Below are positions 1 through 9,479 of a DNA stretch of 64,000 nucleotides, one piece after another. The notes beneath the pieces are model-generated. The model did no database searches and was not told where the DNA came from. It worked only from the letters and a program-made list of their open reading frames with translations. Both the position numbers and the translations under genes were made by a program. Source of the stretch: an uncultured Gammaproteobacteria bacterium (lineage in GTDB: Bacteria > Patescibacteriota > Patescibacteriia > Magasanikbacterales > GWA2-37-8); assembly GCA_964482695.1 (NCBI GenBank), contig CAYZYP010000001.1, positions 132,143 through 196,142 on the forward strand. Reading direction: 5' to 3'. The number at the start of each line of letters is the position of its first letter. Position 1 is the stretch's first letter.

Positions 1-1
1 G

Positions 2-796
2 TTATTTTTAGCCGGTATTCCATGTATTACGACTCCAAAAGTTAGTGGTGGTTGGAGTCCTTTAGAAACATGGTGGTTTAGAGTAATAAGAAGATATGTG
101 ATTCTTAAGACTCACACAATGGGTCAATACGCGCCACGAGAATATTTACGCCTTTTAGAGCCAATAGGTATTTTTACAGATAATACAACAAAGTATTTAT
201 CATTTTCTGCCGCTGCCGCAGGTGATGTTGACAAGTTATTTATTGAATATAAAATAGATTTCCATAGAGATTTGCTGATAGGTATTATTCCATCGGCCGG
301 CAATAAAATTAAACAGTGGAGCCCGCTAAATTTCGCTGCGGTCGCGGATTATTTGATTTTTAATTATGATGCGAAGATTTTTCTTGTAGGATCGCAAGCT
401 GATCGTATGGAAGCAGATGAAACAGAAAAATATATTAAAATAAAAAATAGGGTATATAATTTGGCGGGTAAGTTAAACATAGATCAGTTAAAATGTTTTA
501 TATCACATCTTAATATGTTAGTCGGGGTTGATACTGGCCCAATATATATAGCCGAAGCTTTTGGTGTGGCGACGGTAGATATTGTAGGCCCGATGGATGA
601 GAACGAACAACCGCCACGCGGTTCCTCTCATAGAATAGTAGTTTCTCCTATTCGTAAAAAGTCGGCTATTCATATCATGAATGCTCGTAGTTACGATTCT
701 GTCGAGGCCAAGAAACAAGTTGATCTAATTACTGCAGATATGGTAATATCTACGATGAGAGATCTGATGTATAACTTACATTTAGTTTTAAAATAA
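2..796 (+). CDS. Glycosyltransferase family 9 (heptosyltransferase-like), 5'-truncated at window edge
   Basis: Reading frame is open from base 2 with no stop, so the gene begins upstream of the window. C-terminal half shows GT9-like motifs (GNKIKQWSPLNFAAVADYL ... VGVDTGPIYIAEAFGVATVDIVGP). Confidence 0.6.
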   Translation, partial: LFLAGIPCITTPKVSGGWSPLETWWFRVIRRYVILKTHTMGQYAPREYLRLLEPIGIFTDNTTKYLSFSAAAAGDVDKLFIEYKIDFHRDLLIGIIPSAGNKIKQWSPLNFAAVADYLIFNYDAKIFLVGSQADRMEADETEKYIKIKNRVYNLAGKLNIDQLKCFISHLNMLVGVDTGPIYIAEAFGVATVDIVGPMDENEQPPRGSSHRIVVSPIRKKSAIHIMNARSYDSVEAKKQVDLITADMVISTMRDLMYNLHLVLK

Positions 797-807
797 TTTT
801 ATATTTT

Positions 808-1770
808 ATGATCGTTATTACAGGGGCAGCTGGGTTTATTGGTAGTTTTCTTGTTAATTACCTGAATGAGAAGAAAATAGAAGATCTAATTTTGGTTGAT
901 GATTTTACTAGACCAGATAAATTCTGTAATTTAATAGGTCGACGATATATAAAAAAAATTGAACGCGAATTTTTTTTAGATTGGTTAAATAAGAACAAGC
1001 CGATCATATCTTGCATAATGCACCTTGGAGCCAGAACAGATACTACCGAAAATAATTGGGATATTCTTGATAAATTAAATTTAAAATATAGCCAAAATCT
1101 TTGGAATTACTGTTCTTTAAATAATATACCATTTATTTATGCTTCTTCAGCTGCTACCTATGGAGCTGGAGAAATGGGGTATATTGATAACCACGATATA
1201 GTGCCATTGTTGAAGCCCCTAAATCTTTACGGGCAATCTAAAAACCTTTTTGATTTATGGGTGTTGCAACAGAGAAAATCACCGCCTTTTTGGGCGGGGT
1301 TGAAATTTTTTAATGTTTTTGGCCCCAATGAATATCACAAAGGAAGAATGGCGTCAGTTATTTTTCATGCCTATAATCAAATTGTTTCTAAAGGAAAGGT
1401 GTCTTTATTCCGCTCCCATCGTTTTGATTATAAAGATGGTGAGCAGAAGAGGGACTTTATATATGTTAAGGACGTAATAAAAGTTTGTGAATTTTTACGT
1501 CAAAACACCGACAGAATTAATTCTGGTTTATACAATGTTGGTACTGGCTTGGCCCGCACGTTTAAAGATTTAGTTTTAAGTGTTTTTATGGCTTTAAAAT
1601 TAGAGCCACATATAGTATATATAGATATGCCTATTGATATTAGAGATAAATATCAATATTTTACTCAGGCTGATATGCAAAAATTAAAAAAAGTTGGATA
1701 TAATAACAGTTTTTTTACATTAGAAAAAGGGATTGCAGAATATGTGCAGGATTATCTTGCTAAAAGATAA
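808..1770 (+). CDS. hldD: ADP-L-glycero-D-manno-heptose 6-epimerase
   Basis: N-terminal Rossmann motif MIVITGAAGFIGS, then YASSAATYG and YGQSK catalytic motifs; overall collinear with HldD/RfaD. Confidence 0.8.
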   Translation: MIVITGAAGFIGSFLVNYLNEKKIEDLILVDDFTRPDKFCNLIGRRYIKKIEREFFLDWLNKNKPIISCIMHLGARTDTTENNWDILDKLNLKYSQNLWNYCSLNNIPFIYASSAATYGAGEMGYIDNHDIVPLLKPLNLYGQSKNLFDLWVLQQRKSPPFWAGLKFFNVFGPNEYHKGRMASVIFHAYNQIVSKGKVSLFRSHRFDYKDGEQKRDFIYVKDVIKVCEFLRQNTDRINSGLYNVGTGLARTFKDLVLSVFMALKLEPHIVYIDMPIDIRDKYQYFTQADMQKLKKVGYNNSFFTLEKGIAEYVQDYLAKR

Positions 1771-1855
1771 AAGCGCTATAGTCTCGGCAGGTAAGGCATT
1801 TTTAATTATAGTGCGAAAGATGAAATTAAATTAATTAATAGTTATAATTTAAATT

Positions 1856-2791
1856 ATGTATCTGAAGTGTCCATTATGTGGTAACGCCAGCAAGGATTTG
1901 TTCTTAAACGAACTAGCCATGCGACAGTGCGTAAAATGCAGTTTGGTTTGGCGGCAGAACTTTGATTTACCAGCGGATCATTACGCTAATAAAGTAACGG
2001 ATATAGGAAGTAATAAATTAAAAGAGCGTGAGCAAAATTCTATTTTACGACTAAAACAATTTAAAAAACATGTGTTATTTGAAGATGTTTGCGATGTCGG
2101 GACGGGCGAAGGGGTATTTTTAAAAGTTTTACAAACACACGGTTGTAAGCGCTGTGTTGGTATAGAACCAAATAGGCTAATGGCAGATTTTTGGAAATTA
2201 AATAATTTACGAGTATTTAATGCTAAGAGCACAAAGGAAATAGTGGATTTAATTGAGAGAGAAAAAATAAAAGTTGTTACTTTATTTCATGTGATTGAGC
2301 ATATCCCAGATCCTGTCGATTTATTAAGTGAAATTAGAAGTGCCTTGCCTAGCGGAGGTATTGTGGTGGTGGAAACTCCAAATTTAGAAGCTTATTCCAT
2401 GAAAAAGAGTAGTTATCGACATAAATTAATATATCCAGAACATTTATTTTATTTTAATACTCACAATTTTTTGCAGATGTTTAATAAAACAGGTTTTAAT
2501 GTTGTGGCTAATGGCAAACGCGACTTTAATCAAAATTACTTAGGTATTCATGAATGTTTGTGGCGGCTCGGGTTGACTAATAATAAATTTAAAGTTAAAA
2601 ATTATTCTGGACGTTCAAATTTAATAGATGGATGTGAAAATATTAATTCCGTAGTGCCATCGGTTAATTTACGCCCGGTAGGTTTAAAGAAAAATAGTAT
2701 CCGTTTTTTAAATTTTATTCTAAGTCAGGCAGTGCAGGTTTTAGGCAGATTAGACTATCAGTGGGTTATTGCTAAAAAAATATCAACATAG
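1856..2791 (+). CDS. Class I SAM-dependent methyltransferase with N-terminal C4 zinc ribbon
   Basis: CPLCGN...CVKCSLVW zinc ribbon followed by SAM motif I VCDVGTGEGVFL; this architecture resembles sugar C-/O-methyltransferases. Confidence 0.7.
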   Translation: MYLKCPLCGNASKDLFLNELAMRQCVKCSLVWRQNFDLPADHYANKVTDIGSNKLKEREQNSILRLKQFKKHVLFEDVCDVGTGEGVFLKVLQTHGCKRCVGIEPNRLMADFWKLNNLRVFNAKSTKEIVDLIEREKIKVVTLFHVIEHIPDPVDLLSEIRSALPSGGIVVVETPNLEAYSMKKSSYRHKLIYPEHLFYFNTHNFLQMFNKTGFNVVANGKRDFNQNYLGIHECLWRLGLTNNKFKVKNYSGRSNLIDGCENINSVVPSVNLRPVGLKKNSIRFLNFILSQAVQVLGRLDYQWVIAKKIST

Positions 2792-2817
2792 ATCCCCGCA
2801 GGTTTGACCGCGAGGCT

Positions 2818-3951
2818 TTATGGTGATTGGTAAACAGACGTATAGTAAAAGGCAGTTTTATTAACATCAAACCGGCTAGCTTTTTCTAAAGCCTTTAAAG
2901 ATAATTCTTTTTTTAAATTACTGTTATTGACCAGTAATTTTATTTTTTCGTTAAAATCTTGGGGGCTATCTAATTTATAAAGCAAACCGGTGTTTTTAAT
3001 CATTTCATGATTGCCGCCAATATCCGTAGCTAATATTGACAAGCCAGCGTACAAAGCCTCTATTAGAGTAATAGACATGCCCTCGTATCTAGAAGGTAGA
3101 ACAAAAATATCAAAAGCTTTTAGATATTGGTAAGCATCTGGCATGTCGCCAACCAAGTAAACTGTATTTTTTAAATCTAGGTTGGTAATTAAATTTTCGT
3201 ATTTTTTCTTTTCAGGTCCGTTACCAATAATAACATAATTTAAATTAGGATAATCTTTTTTTAATTCAGACGCCTGTTTAATTAAAAATTCATAATTTTT
3301 TTGATAAGCCAGCCGACCAATGGAACCAATAACGAGTTTATTTTTAAAAGATGCACGCAATTTTTCTTCTAACATTATTTTAGCTTGTTCGCGTGAAAAG
3401 AAGTTTAATTCGTTTTGATCCAGCCCGTTGTAAATTACTACAGCATCGCGCGTTAAGCCAAGCTTTTGGCTTGCATAATGATTTTCATTACTAACGTATA
3501 TTTGTTTATCGATAAAATTTAATAGGATTTTAAAGATTAATTTATAAAAAATAATCTTTATTTTAGACTGAGTGTAGTTTGTATCTAGCATAGATAAACC
3601 ACGAAAGGTAAAAACAGTTTTTGGTTTATTTTTAGCTAGTTTGGCTGATAACGCCCCTAGCAAAGCATTGCTACTATTAAAATGGACAACATCAAAGTGG
3701 TTAGAATTTAAGAATTTTTTAAATTTCCAAATAAAACGTAAATTAGTAATTATGTTAAAAGTCCGGCCAAGGTCGGGAAATTTGGTGTAAGGTATTTGTT
3801 GTTTTTCTAATTTTTGTTGCAAGAATGTTCCCGAACCAAAGCCAACTGTCACATCGAGACCTTGTTCAATTAGTTTTTTGGCCAAATTAAACACCGATAC
3901 TTGCGCGCCGCCGGTCTCGCCTTTGGTAATAATAATAAGGATTTTTTTCAT
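2818..3951 (-). CDS. Glycosyltransferase family 4 (GT-B, group 1)
   Basis: C-terminal EGMSITLIEALYAGLSILATDIGGNHEMI motif (E-x7-E type) typical of GT4. Confidence 0.8.
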   Translation of the reverse strand: MKKILIIITKGETGGAQVSVFNLAKKLIEQGLDVTVGFGSGTFLQQKLEKQQIPYTKFPDLGRTFNIITNLRFIWKFKKFLNSNHFDVVHFNSSNALLGALSAKLAKNKPKTVFTFRGLSMLDTNYTQSKIKIIFYKLIFKILLNFIDKQIYVSNENHYASQKLGLTRDAVVIYNGLDQNELNFFSREQAKIMLEEKLRASFKNKLVIGSIGRLAYQKNYEFLIKQASELKKDYPNLNYVIIGNGPEKKKYENLITNLDLKNTVYLVGDMPDAYQYLKAFDIFVLPSRYEGMSITLIEALYAGLSILATDIGGNHEMIKNTGLLYKLDSPQDFNEKIKLLVNNSNLKKELSLKALEKASRFDVNKTAFYYTSVYQSP

Positions 3952-4082
3952 GATATTTTAGTATATTCTAATAAAAATAGCATAGCAGATAATGGTTAAT
4001 TTGGGAAGTTAAGCTACAAAGCATTAAACCTTGCTTTTTTTGCCTTTTTTTATTATATTATATAGGTAAATTAAGTAATTTT

Positions 4083-5048
4083 ATGATTGAAAAAAAGAAG
4101 GTTTTAGTTACCACCGTTCCTTTTGGCACAGTTTCCAAAGAGCCACTGGATTTATTAGAAAAAGAGGGGTTGGAGGTAAAAATAATAAACAGCAAAAAAA
4201 TGGCTGAGGATGAACTAATAGGCTATTTAGCCGACATTGATTATGTCGTGGCCGGCTTATCGCAATTTACCGCACGATTATTAGATCAGGCGCCAAAGCT
4301 GCGTTTAATAGCTCGGGTTGGCGTTGGTTTGGACAACATACCTTTTGTGGAAACCAAAAAAAGAGGGATTAAGGTAACGTATACACCTGATGCGCCAACT
4401 TTGGCAGTAGCCGAATTTACCATTGGCTTGGTGCTTGACTCTTTAAGGAGATTTTCTTGGATAGATCGTGATATGCGGCAAAAAGTATGGAATAAGTATA
4501 TGGGAGATCAGCTGCGCGGTAAAACTATTGGTATAATTGGCGTCGGTAGGATAGGTAAAAATGTTATAAAATTACTTCAACCTTTTGGAGTAAATATTTT
4601 AGGGAATGATTTGCCAGAAAAAGAAGACCATGATTTTGCTAAGCAATATAATTTAAAATATGTCAGCAAAGATGAATTGTACGCCCAGAGCGATGTTGTA
4701 AGTTTGCATTTATCCCGCTCACCGTCTGTTCACCATTTAATCAACAAAGAGGTTTTAGTAAAGATGAAAGACACCGCAATTTTAATTAACACTTCTCGTG
4801 GCGGGGTAGTAGACGAACAGGCATTAATTGAAGCTTTGTCAGATAACACAATTACCGGCGCTGTTTTGGATGTTTATGAAACAGAGCCTTATCAAGGTTT
4901 GTTAACAAAATTAGACAATGTTTTACTAACAGCTCATGTTGGTGCTGGCACCAAAGAATCGAGGCGACTGATGGAACTAGGCGCGGTAGAAGAAGTTGTT
5001 CGTTTTCACCGCGGTGAAAAGTTAGAAAATGAAATAGATCATAATTAA
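4083..5048 (+). CDS. D-isomer-specific 2-hydroxyacid dehydrogenase (PGDH/glycerate dehydrogenase family)
   Basis: NAD-binding GKTIGIIGVGRIGKNV; LINTSRGGVVDEQAL; catalytic HVGAGT. Confidence 0.8.
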   Translation: MIEKKKVLVTTVPFGTVSKEPLDLLEKEGLEVKIINSKKMAEDELIGYLADIDYVVAGLSQFTARLLDQAPKLRLIARVGVGLDNIPFVETKKRGIKVTYTPDAPTLAVAEFTIGLVLDSLRRFSWIDRDMRQKVWNKYMGDQLRGKTIGIIGVGRIGKNVIKLLQPFGVNILGNDLPEKEDHDFAKQYNLKYVSKDELYAQSDVVSLHLSRSPSVHHLINKEVLVKMKDTAILINTSRGGVVDEQALIEALSDNTITGAVLDVYETEPYQGLLTKLDNVLLTAHVGAGTKESRRLMELGAVEEVVRFHRGEKLENEIDHN

Positions 5049-5055
5049 AGGTCAT

Positions 5056-6285
5056 ATGCAAAATGTCATAGTAGTGGGCGTGGGGGAATATTATACAGAT
5101 ATAGTTGGGCCATCCTTGCAATTATTAGAACAAGAAGGTGTATTAAAAGTAATTTGTTTAGTAGACGTAATAGAACTAAGCAAAAAAGCAAAAAATTTTT
5201 TTTCTAAGGCAGAATTTCGTAAACGACAAGATAACCAGCCTTTAAGCGAGTTATTAAAGGATTTAAGAAACTCAGAAACAATTGTGTTGCTTGGCCATGT
5301 GAATAATTTGCACGCTAGTGATGCTAAAGATTTAACAGAAAATGGTTTTAAAGTAATGTTGGAAAAACCGTATTTTTTAAATAATAGCCAATCGAAAATA
5401 GTAAAAAATATTATAGGTAGCAATGATTTAAACCAACTGATTTTATTGGAATATTACATACAGATGAAAACTATTCCTCTTTTAATTTTAGCTGGTAAGA
5501 TAAAGAAAGACAGTTTTTATTTAACAAAACCAAATTTATTGCAAACAGAAGAAGGAATGTTAGTTTATGCAAAAAGCGTAAACGACCTCGTCGGCCAACT
5601 AAAGAAGATAATAGGTAAGCCACAAAAAGTAGTTGTGGAATTATTAGAAGGAGAAGGAAAAACAGGCAGGCTAGATCATCGTGGTGCTTATCTTAGTGAT
5701 ATAAAAATTGGCGGTGGAGTAATATTGGATTTAGGTATCCACGCATTCGCTCCTCTATTTATTCTAGAAGATTATCTAGGGGAAATAGATGTATCCTTTT
5801 TGGGTGGTTTTGTAAGGGCAGCAAAATGTAAAGAGCACATAGAGATGTGTAAAGAAAAATTTTTATTACCAGAAAATGAAGTAGCCGAAACTTGTGCCGA
5901 AATTAAAATGAATACAAAAATAGGCATACCGATTAATGTGATTGTGGGCAAATATGTTCTGCCAGACAAAAATAGAAGGCAGATAGTTATTTACGGAGAT
6001 AAAAATATGGTTAAAATGGATCTTTCTAATTGCAGTTTATCAATTATTAACAATGGAAAAGAAGAAAAAATATTAACTTTTCCTAAAAAGTCGGATTCTA
6101 AATATTATTCAGTTGTTAGAAGTGGTTTAGAAATTTCAAAAAATAATAGTCCTTTTACTTTTAATCTAAAGCAAAAAGCGTTAAAAGTCCAATCGTTTGT
6201 GTTAAACGTGCGCCATTTAGCTTACCAAACAAAGATAAACGAGTTTTTTTTGGCTGGTATAGAGCCAATAGAAATTTTTAAGTAA
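5056..6285 (+). CDS. Gfo/Idh/MocA-like oxidoreductase (putative sugar dehydrogenase)
   Basis: N-terminal Rossmann VIVVGVGEY and the family-typical EKP motif (KVMLEKP); remainder unrecognised. Confidence 0.45.
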   Translation: MQNVIVVGVGEYYTDIVGPSLQLLEQEGVLKVICLVDVIELSKKAKNFFSKAEFRKRQDNQPLSELLKDLRNSETIVLLGHVNNLHASDAKDLTENGFKVMLEKPYFLNNSQSKIVKNIIGSNDLNQLILLEYYIQMKTIPLLILAGKIKKDSFYLTKPNLLQTEEGMLVYAKSVNDLVGQLKKIIGKPQKVVVELLEGEGKTGRLDHRGAYLSDIKIGGGVILDLGIHAFAPLFILEDYLGEIDVSFLGGFVRAAKCKEHIEMCKEKFLLPENEVAETCAEIKMNTKIGIPINVIVGKYVLPDKNRRQIVIYGDKNMVKMDLSNCSLSIINNGKEEKILTFPKKSDSKYYSVVRSGLEISKNNSPFTFNLKQKALKVQSFVLNVRHLAYQTKINEFFLAGIEPIEIFK

Positions 6286-6290
6286 TAATT

Positions 6291-7292
6291 ATGATATTTA
6301 ATTTAAAACAAAATAATGATTTGTCAGAAGCAGCCATGCGTCCGCCGGCTTTGTATAAAGAATGGAAAAATATTTTAAAAAAAGAAGTCGGGGAATTATG
6401 GCAAATAACTGCTAATTTACAAAAAATAGATTGTCCAGGATGCGATAGCAAGAATAATCAAGAGATTTTTACTGTTTTTGGTGTTAGGTATAAAAAATGC
6501 GAAGACTGCGGCACTGTTTTTGCTGCTACTCGTCCAACAAGAGATAACTTAAGAGATTTTTATCATCATTCTTTGGCCGTTAAATTTTGGAAAGAGAAAA
6601 TAATCCCAGCTAGTCAAGAAAAACGCCAACAATACAGCCACAATCCTTTGTTAAGGTGGTTCTTGGATATTGTAAGAGCCCACCAAGTTAATAAAGAAAG
6701 TGTAGTAGTAGATTATCAGCCAAAATTTAATAGTATCTTTCTAAGTAGGCAAGATCTTGATTTTACCAATATAAATTTAGTTGATCCGTTGTATGTAAAC
6801 AATGATGACCAAGCGATCAAAACGTGTGATAAATTGGATAAAATTATCGATCAAGTTAGTGTATTTACCGCATTTAATGTGTTGGACAAAGAAGCCAATC
6901 CCGATGAATTTTTGCGAGAAGTATCTGACAAGTGCCAGAAAGGCGGTTTGTTTTTTTTAACTGCCAATACTATTAGCGGATTGGAATACCAAGTTCTAGG
7001 CGGGCAAGCTTCGCGTTTGGTTCCTCCAGATAGACTTAATTTATTGTCAGTAGAAGCAGTAGAGTACTTGCTAGCCAAAAATAATTTTACAGTTTTAGAT
7101 ATTAGTACGCCAGGAAAATTAGATTTAGATATTATTATTAATGAATATAAAGAAAATCCAGATATTATTTTACCGGAATTTATAAAATATATAATCAAGC
7201 ATAGAGACAAAAGTGTTTGTCGATCGCTGCAAAGTTTTTTGCAATTAAACAATCTAAGTTCATTTTTACGAGCCGTTGCTATTAAAAATTAA
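6291..7292 (+). CDS. Zinc-ribbon protein with degenerate methyltransferase-like fold
   Basis: CPGCDSK...CEDCGTVF zinc ribbon; downstream motifs resemble MTase motif I/II/III (VVVDYQPK, FNVLDKEANPDEFL, KGGLFFLT) but lack the GxGxG glycines. Confidence 0.4.
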   Translation: MIFNLKQNNDLSEAAMRPPALYKEWKNILKKEVGELWQITANLQKIDCPGCDSKNNQEIFTVFGVRYKKCEDCGTVFAATRPTRDNLRDFYHHSLAVKFWKEKIIPASQEKRQQYSHNPLLRWFLDIVRAHQVNKESVVVDYQPKFNSIFLSRQDLDFTNINLVDPLYVNNDDQAIKTCDKLDKIIDQVSVFTAFNVLDKEANPDEFLREVSDKCQKGGLFFLTANTISGLEYQVLGGQASRLVPPDRLNLLSVEAVEYLLAKNNFTVLDISTPGKLDLDIIINEYKENPDIILPEFIKYIIKHRDKSVCRSLQSFLQLNNLSSFLRAVAIKN

Positions 7293-7297
7293 TTTTT

Positions 7298-7906
7298 ATG
7301 TTAAAGAAAAATATTAAAGACCTGCGTTCCATCGATTATTTTAAAGAATATTCAAAATACATTACTCATTTATTGGCTAATTTAAATTTTCATATTATTG
7401 ATGAAGTTGCCAAGTTGATAGTTGCAACAGCAGAAAAAGGTGGCACAATTTATTTTGCTGGCAATGGCGGTAGCGCGGCCACAGCTTCTCATTTTGCGAC
7501 CGATTTTTCGCATGGTTTGGTAGGCGGTACAGGTAAATTGGTAAAAGCAGTTAATTTAGCAGATAATGTTTCTTTAATAACAGCGATTAGTAATGATAGT
7601 GGTTATGAAAATATATTTATCAATCAGCTGAATAATTTATTGGGTAAAAAGGATATTTTGGTGCTTATTTCGGCTAGCGGTAATTCGCCAAATATAGTTA
7701 AGGCAGCTGAATTTGCCAAGACAAAAAAAGCATCGACAGTGGCCTTTGTTGGTTTTGACGGTGGAAAATTAAAAGATATTTGCGATTATGTCGTGCAAAT
7801 AGAAACCAAATCAGGCGAATACGGCCCGGTAGAAGACGTCCACACAATACTTGATCATATGTTAGCTTCCTATTTAATTTTAAAGTTGCAGGGAAATAAA
7901 AATTGA
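7298..7906 (+). CDS. gmhA: SIS-domain sugar-phosphate isomerase (sedoheptulose-7-phosphate isomerase-like)
   Basis: GNGGSAATASHFATDFS and ISASGNSPN motifs; length (202 aa) fits GmhA. Confidence 0.7.
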   Translation: MLKKNIKDLRSIDYFKEYSKYITHLLANLNFHIIDEVAKLIVATAEKGGTIYFAGNGGSAATASHFATDFSHGLVGGTGKLVKAVNLADNVSLITAISNDSGYENIFINQLNNLLGKKDILVLISASGNSPNIVKAAEFAKTKKASTVAFVGFDGGKLKDICDYVVQIETKSGEYGPVEDVHTILDHMLASYLILKLQGNKN

Positions 7907-7910
7907 GTAT

Positions 7911-8669
7911 ATGTTAGCTAAAGATTTGCGAGTATATTTGACTATCGCTAAAAAAACCGCTAAACAAGCCGGAGATTTTTTAGCTAATTATACGCATAGT
8001 AATTTGCAAATTTATTACGACAAAAACAAGGATATTAAAATTAATGCAGATAAACAGAGTGAAAAAATAATTATAGATAATTTACAAAAACAAACTAATT
8101 TTTCTATTCTATCCGAAGAAGCCGGCTTGATAGTGGGGGGAAATAAGGACAATTTATGTTGGATTGTCGATCCTTTAGACGGCTCTTTAAATTTTTCTCG
8201 GCAGCTTCCTGCTAGCTGTATCTCTATAGCTTTGTGGGAGAAAAATAAGCCTATTTTAGGCGTTGTTTATGATTTTAATCGGCAAGAGATGTTTAGTGGT
8301 GTGGTAGGTCAAGGGGCTTGGTTAAATGGCTTTTTAATCACGGTTTCAACGGCCAATCAGTTAAAGAAAGCGGTGGTGGCCACTGGTTTTCCTTCTCAGA
8401 CTAACTATGATGAAAAAGCTTTGTTAGACTATGTAACTAAAGTACAAAAATTTAAAAAAGTTAGATTATTGGGCAGCGCTGCCTTGTCTTTGGCTTATAT
8501 AGCTTGCGGACGAGTAGACGCCTATATGGAAAGAGACATTATGATTTGGGATATAGCTGGTGGTGTGGCGATAGCTTTAGCCGCAGGCGGAGAGATTCAA
8601 TATATGAATAAAATTAAGAAAAATACTGTTGATATTTTGGTAACTAATTCTTTGATTAACTTTAATTAA
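7911..8669 (+). CDS. Inositol monophosphatase-family sugar phosphatase
   Basis: WIVDPLDGSLNF (DPxDGT-type) metal-binding motif and overall IMPase/SuhB layout. Confidence 0.75.
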   Translation: MLAKDLRVYLTIAKKTAKQAGDFLANYTHSNLQIYYDKNKDIKINADKQSEKIIIDNLQKQTNFSILSEEAGLIVGGNKDNLCWIVDPLDGSLNFSRQLPASCISIALWEKNKPILGVVYDFNRQEMFSGVVGQGAWLNGFLITVSTANQLKKAVVATGFPSQTNYDEKALLDYVTKVQKFKKVRLLGSAALSLAYIACGRVDAYMERDIMIWDIAGGVAIALAAGGEIQYMNKIKKNTVDILVTNSLINFN

Positions 8670-8679
8670 TATAATTTAT

Positions 8680-9444
8680 ATGAAGATTTACGGAGTGGTG
8701 CCAGCTAGGATGGAATCAAGTCGTTTTCCTGGTAAGCCCTTACATTTAATTTGTGATCGTCCCATGGTTGAACATGTTTTTTGCAGAGCAAAAATGTTTA
8801 AGTTGTGGGATGATTTAATTATAGCGACTTGCGATGAGGAAATAAAAAATTTTGCTAATAATAATAATTTTCCTGTGGTGATGACATCAAAAACACACAC
8901 ACGTTGTTTAGATAGAGTGGCCGAAGCTATTAAGAACATGGACTACGATATCCGCGGAGAAGATGTGGTAGTATGTGTTCAAGGTGATGAACCGATGCTT
9001 CATCCGGGCATGGTGCAGGCATCTATAGATCCTCTTTTGAAAGACGAGACGGTAAAATGCACAGTTTTGGCCATGCAAATTTTATCTGAAAAGCATTATT
9101 TAAGTCCAGATGTTGTAAAAATAGTTCATGATTTGCAGGGAGATGTGCTTTACACTTCGCGCAGCCCGATACCATACACAAAAAAATTCGATCCTTCTTT
9201 AGGAGCTTTTCGTATATATGGAATTTTAGCTTTTCGTTGGAGCTTTCTTCAAGAGTTTAATTCTTTGCCGGAATCGCCATTGGAGATAAAGGAGTCGTGT
9301 GATAGTAATAGGATTTTTGACCATGGTCATAAACAGAGAATGGCTCCATATCCATTTAAACCATCCTTTGCTGTGGATAAGCCAGAAGATATTTTGCTTG
9401 TTGAGCAAAATATAGTAAAAGATTCTCTGTGGGGTAAATATTAA
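8680..9444 (+). CDS. CMP-sugar synthetase (KdsB/NeuA-like cytidylyltransferase, CTP_transf_3 family)
   Basis: VVPARMESSRFPGKPL ... RPMVEHV ... VVCVQGDEPML, collinear with CMP-Kdo synthetase KdsB. Confidence 0.75.
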   Translation: MKIYGVVPARMESSRFPGKPLHLICDRPMVEHVFCRAKMFKLWDDLIIATCDEEIKNFANNNNFPVVMTSKTHTRCLDRVAEAIKNMDYDIRGEDVVVCVQGDEPMLHPGMVQASIDPLLKDETVKCTVLAMQILSEKHYLSPDVVKIVHDLQGDVLYTSRSPIPYTKKFDPSLGAFRIYGILAFRWSFLQEFNSLPESPLEIKESCDSNRIFDHGHKQRMAPYPFKPSFAVDKPEDILLVEQNIVKDSLWGKY

Positions 9445-9479
9445 AGTAAAAATTTTGGCGAGGCGTAAATATCACAACT

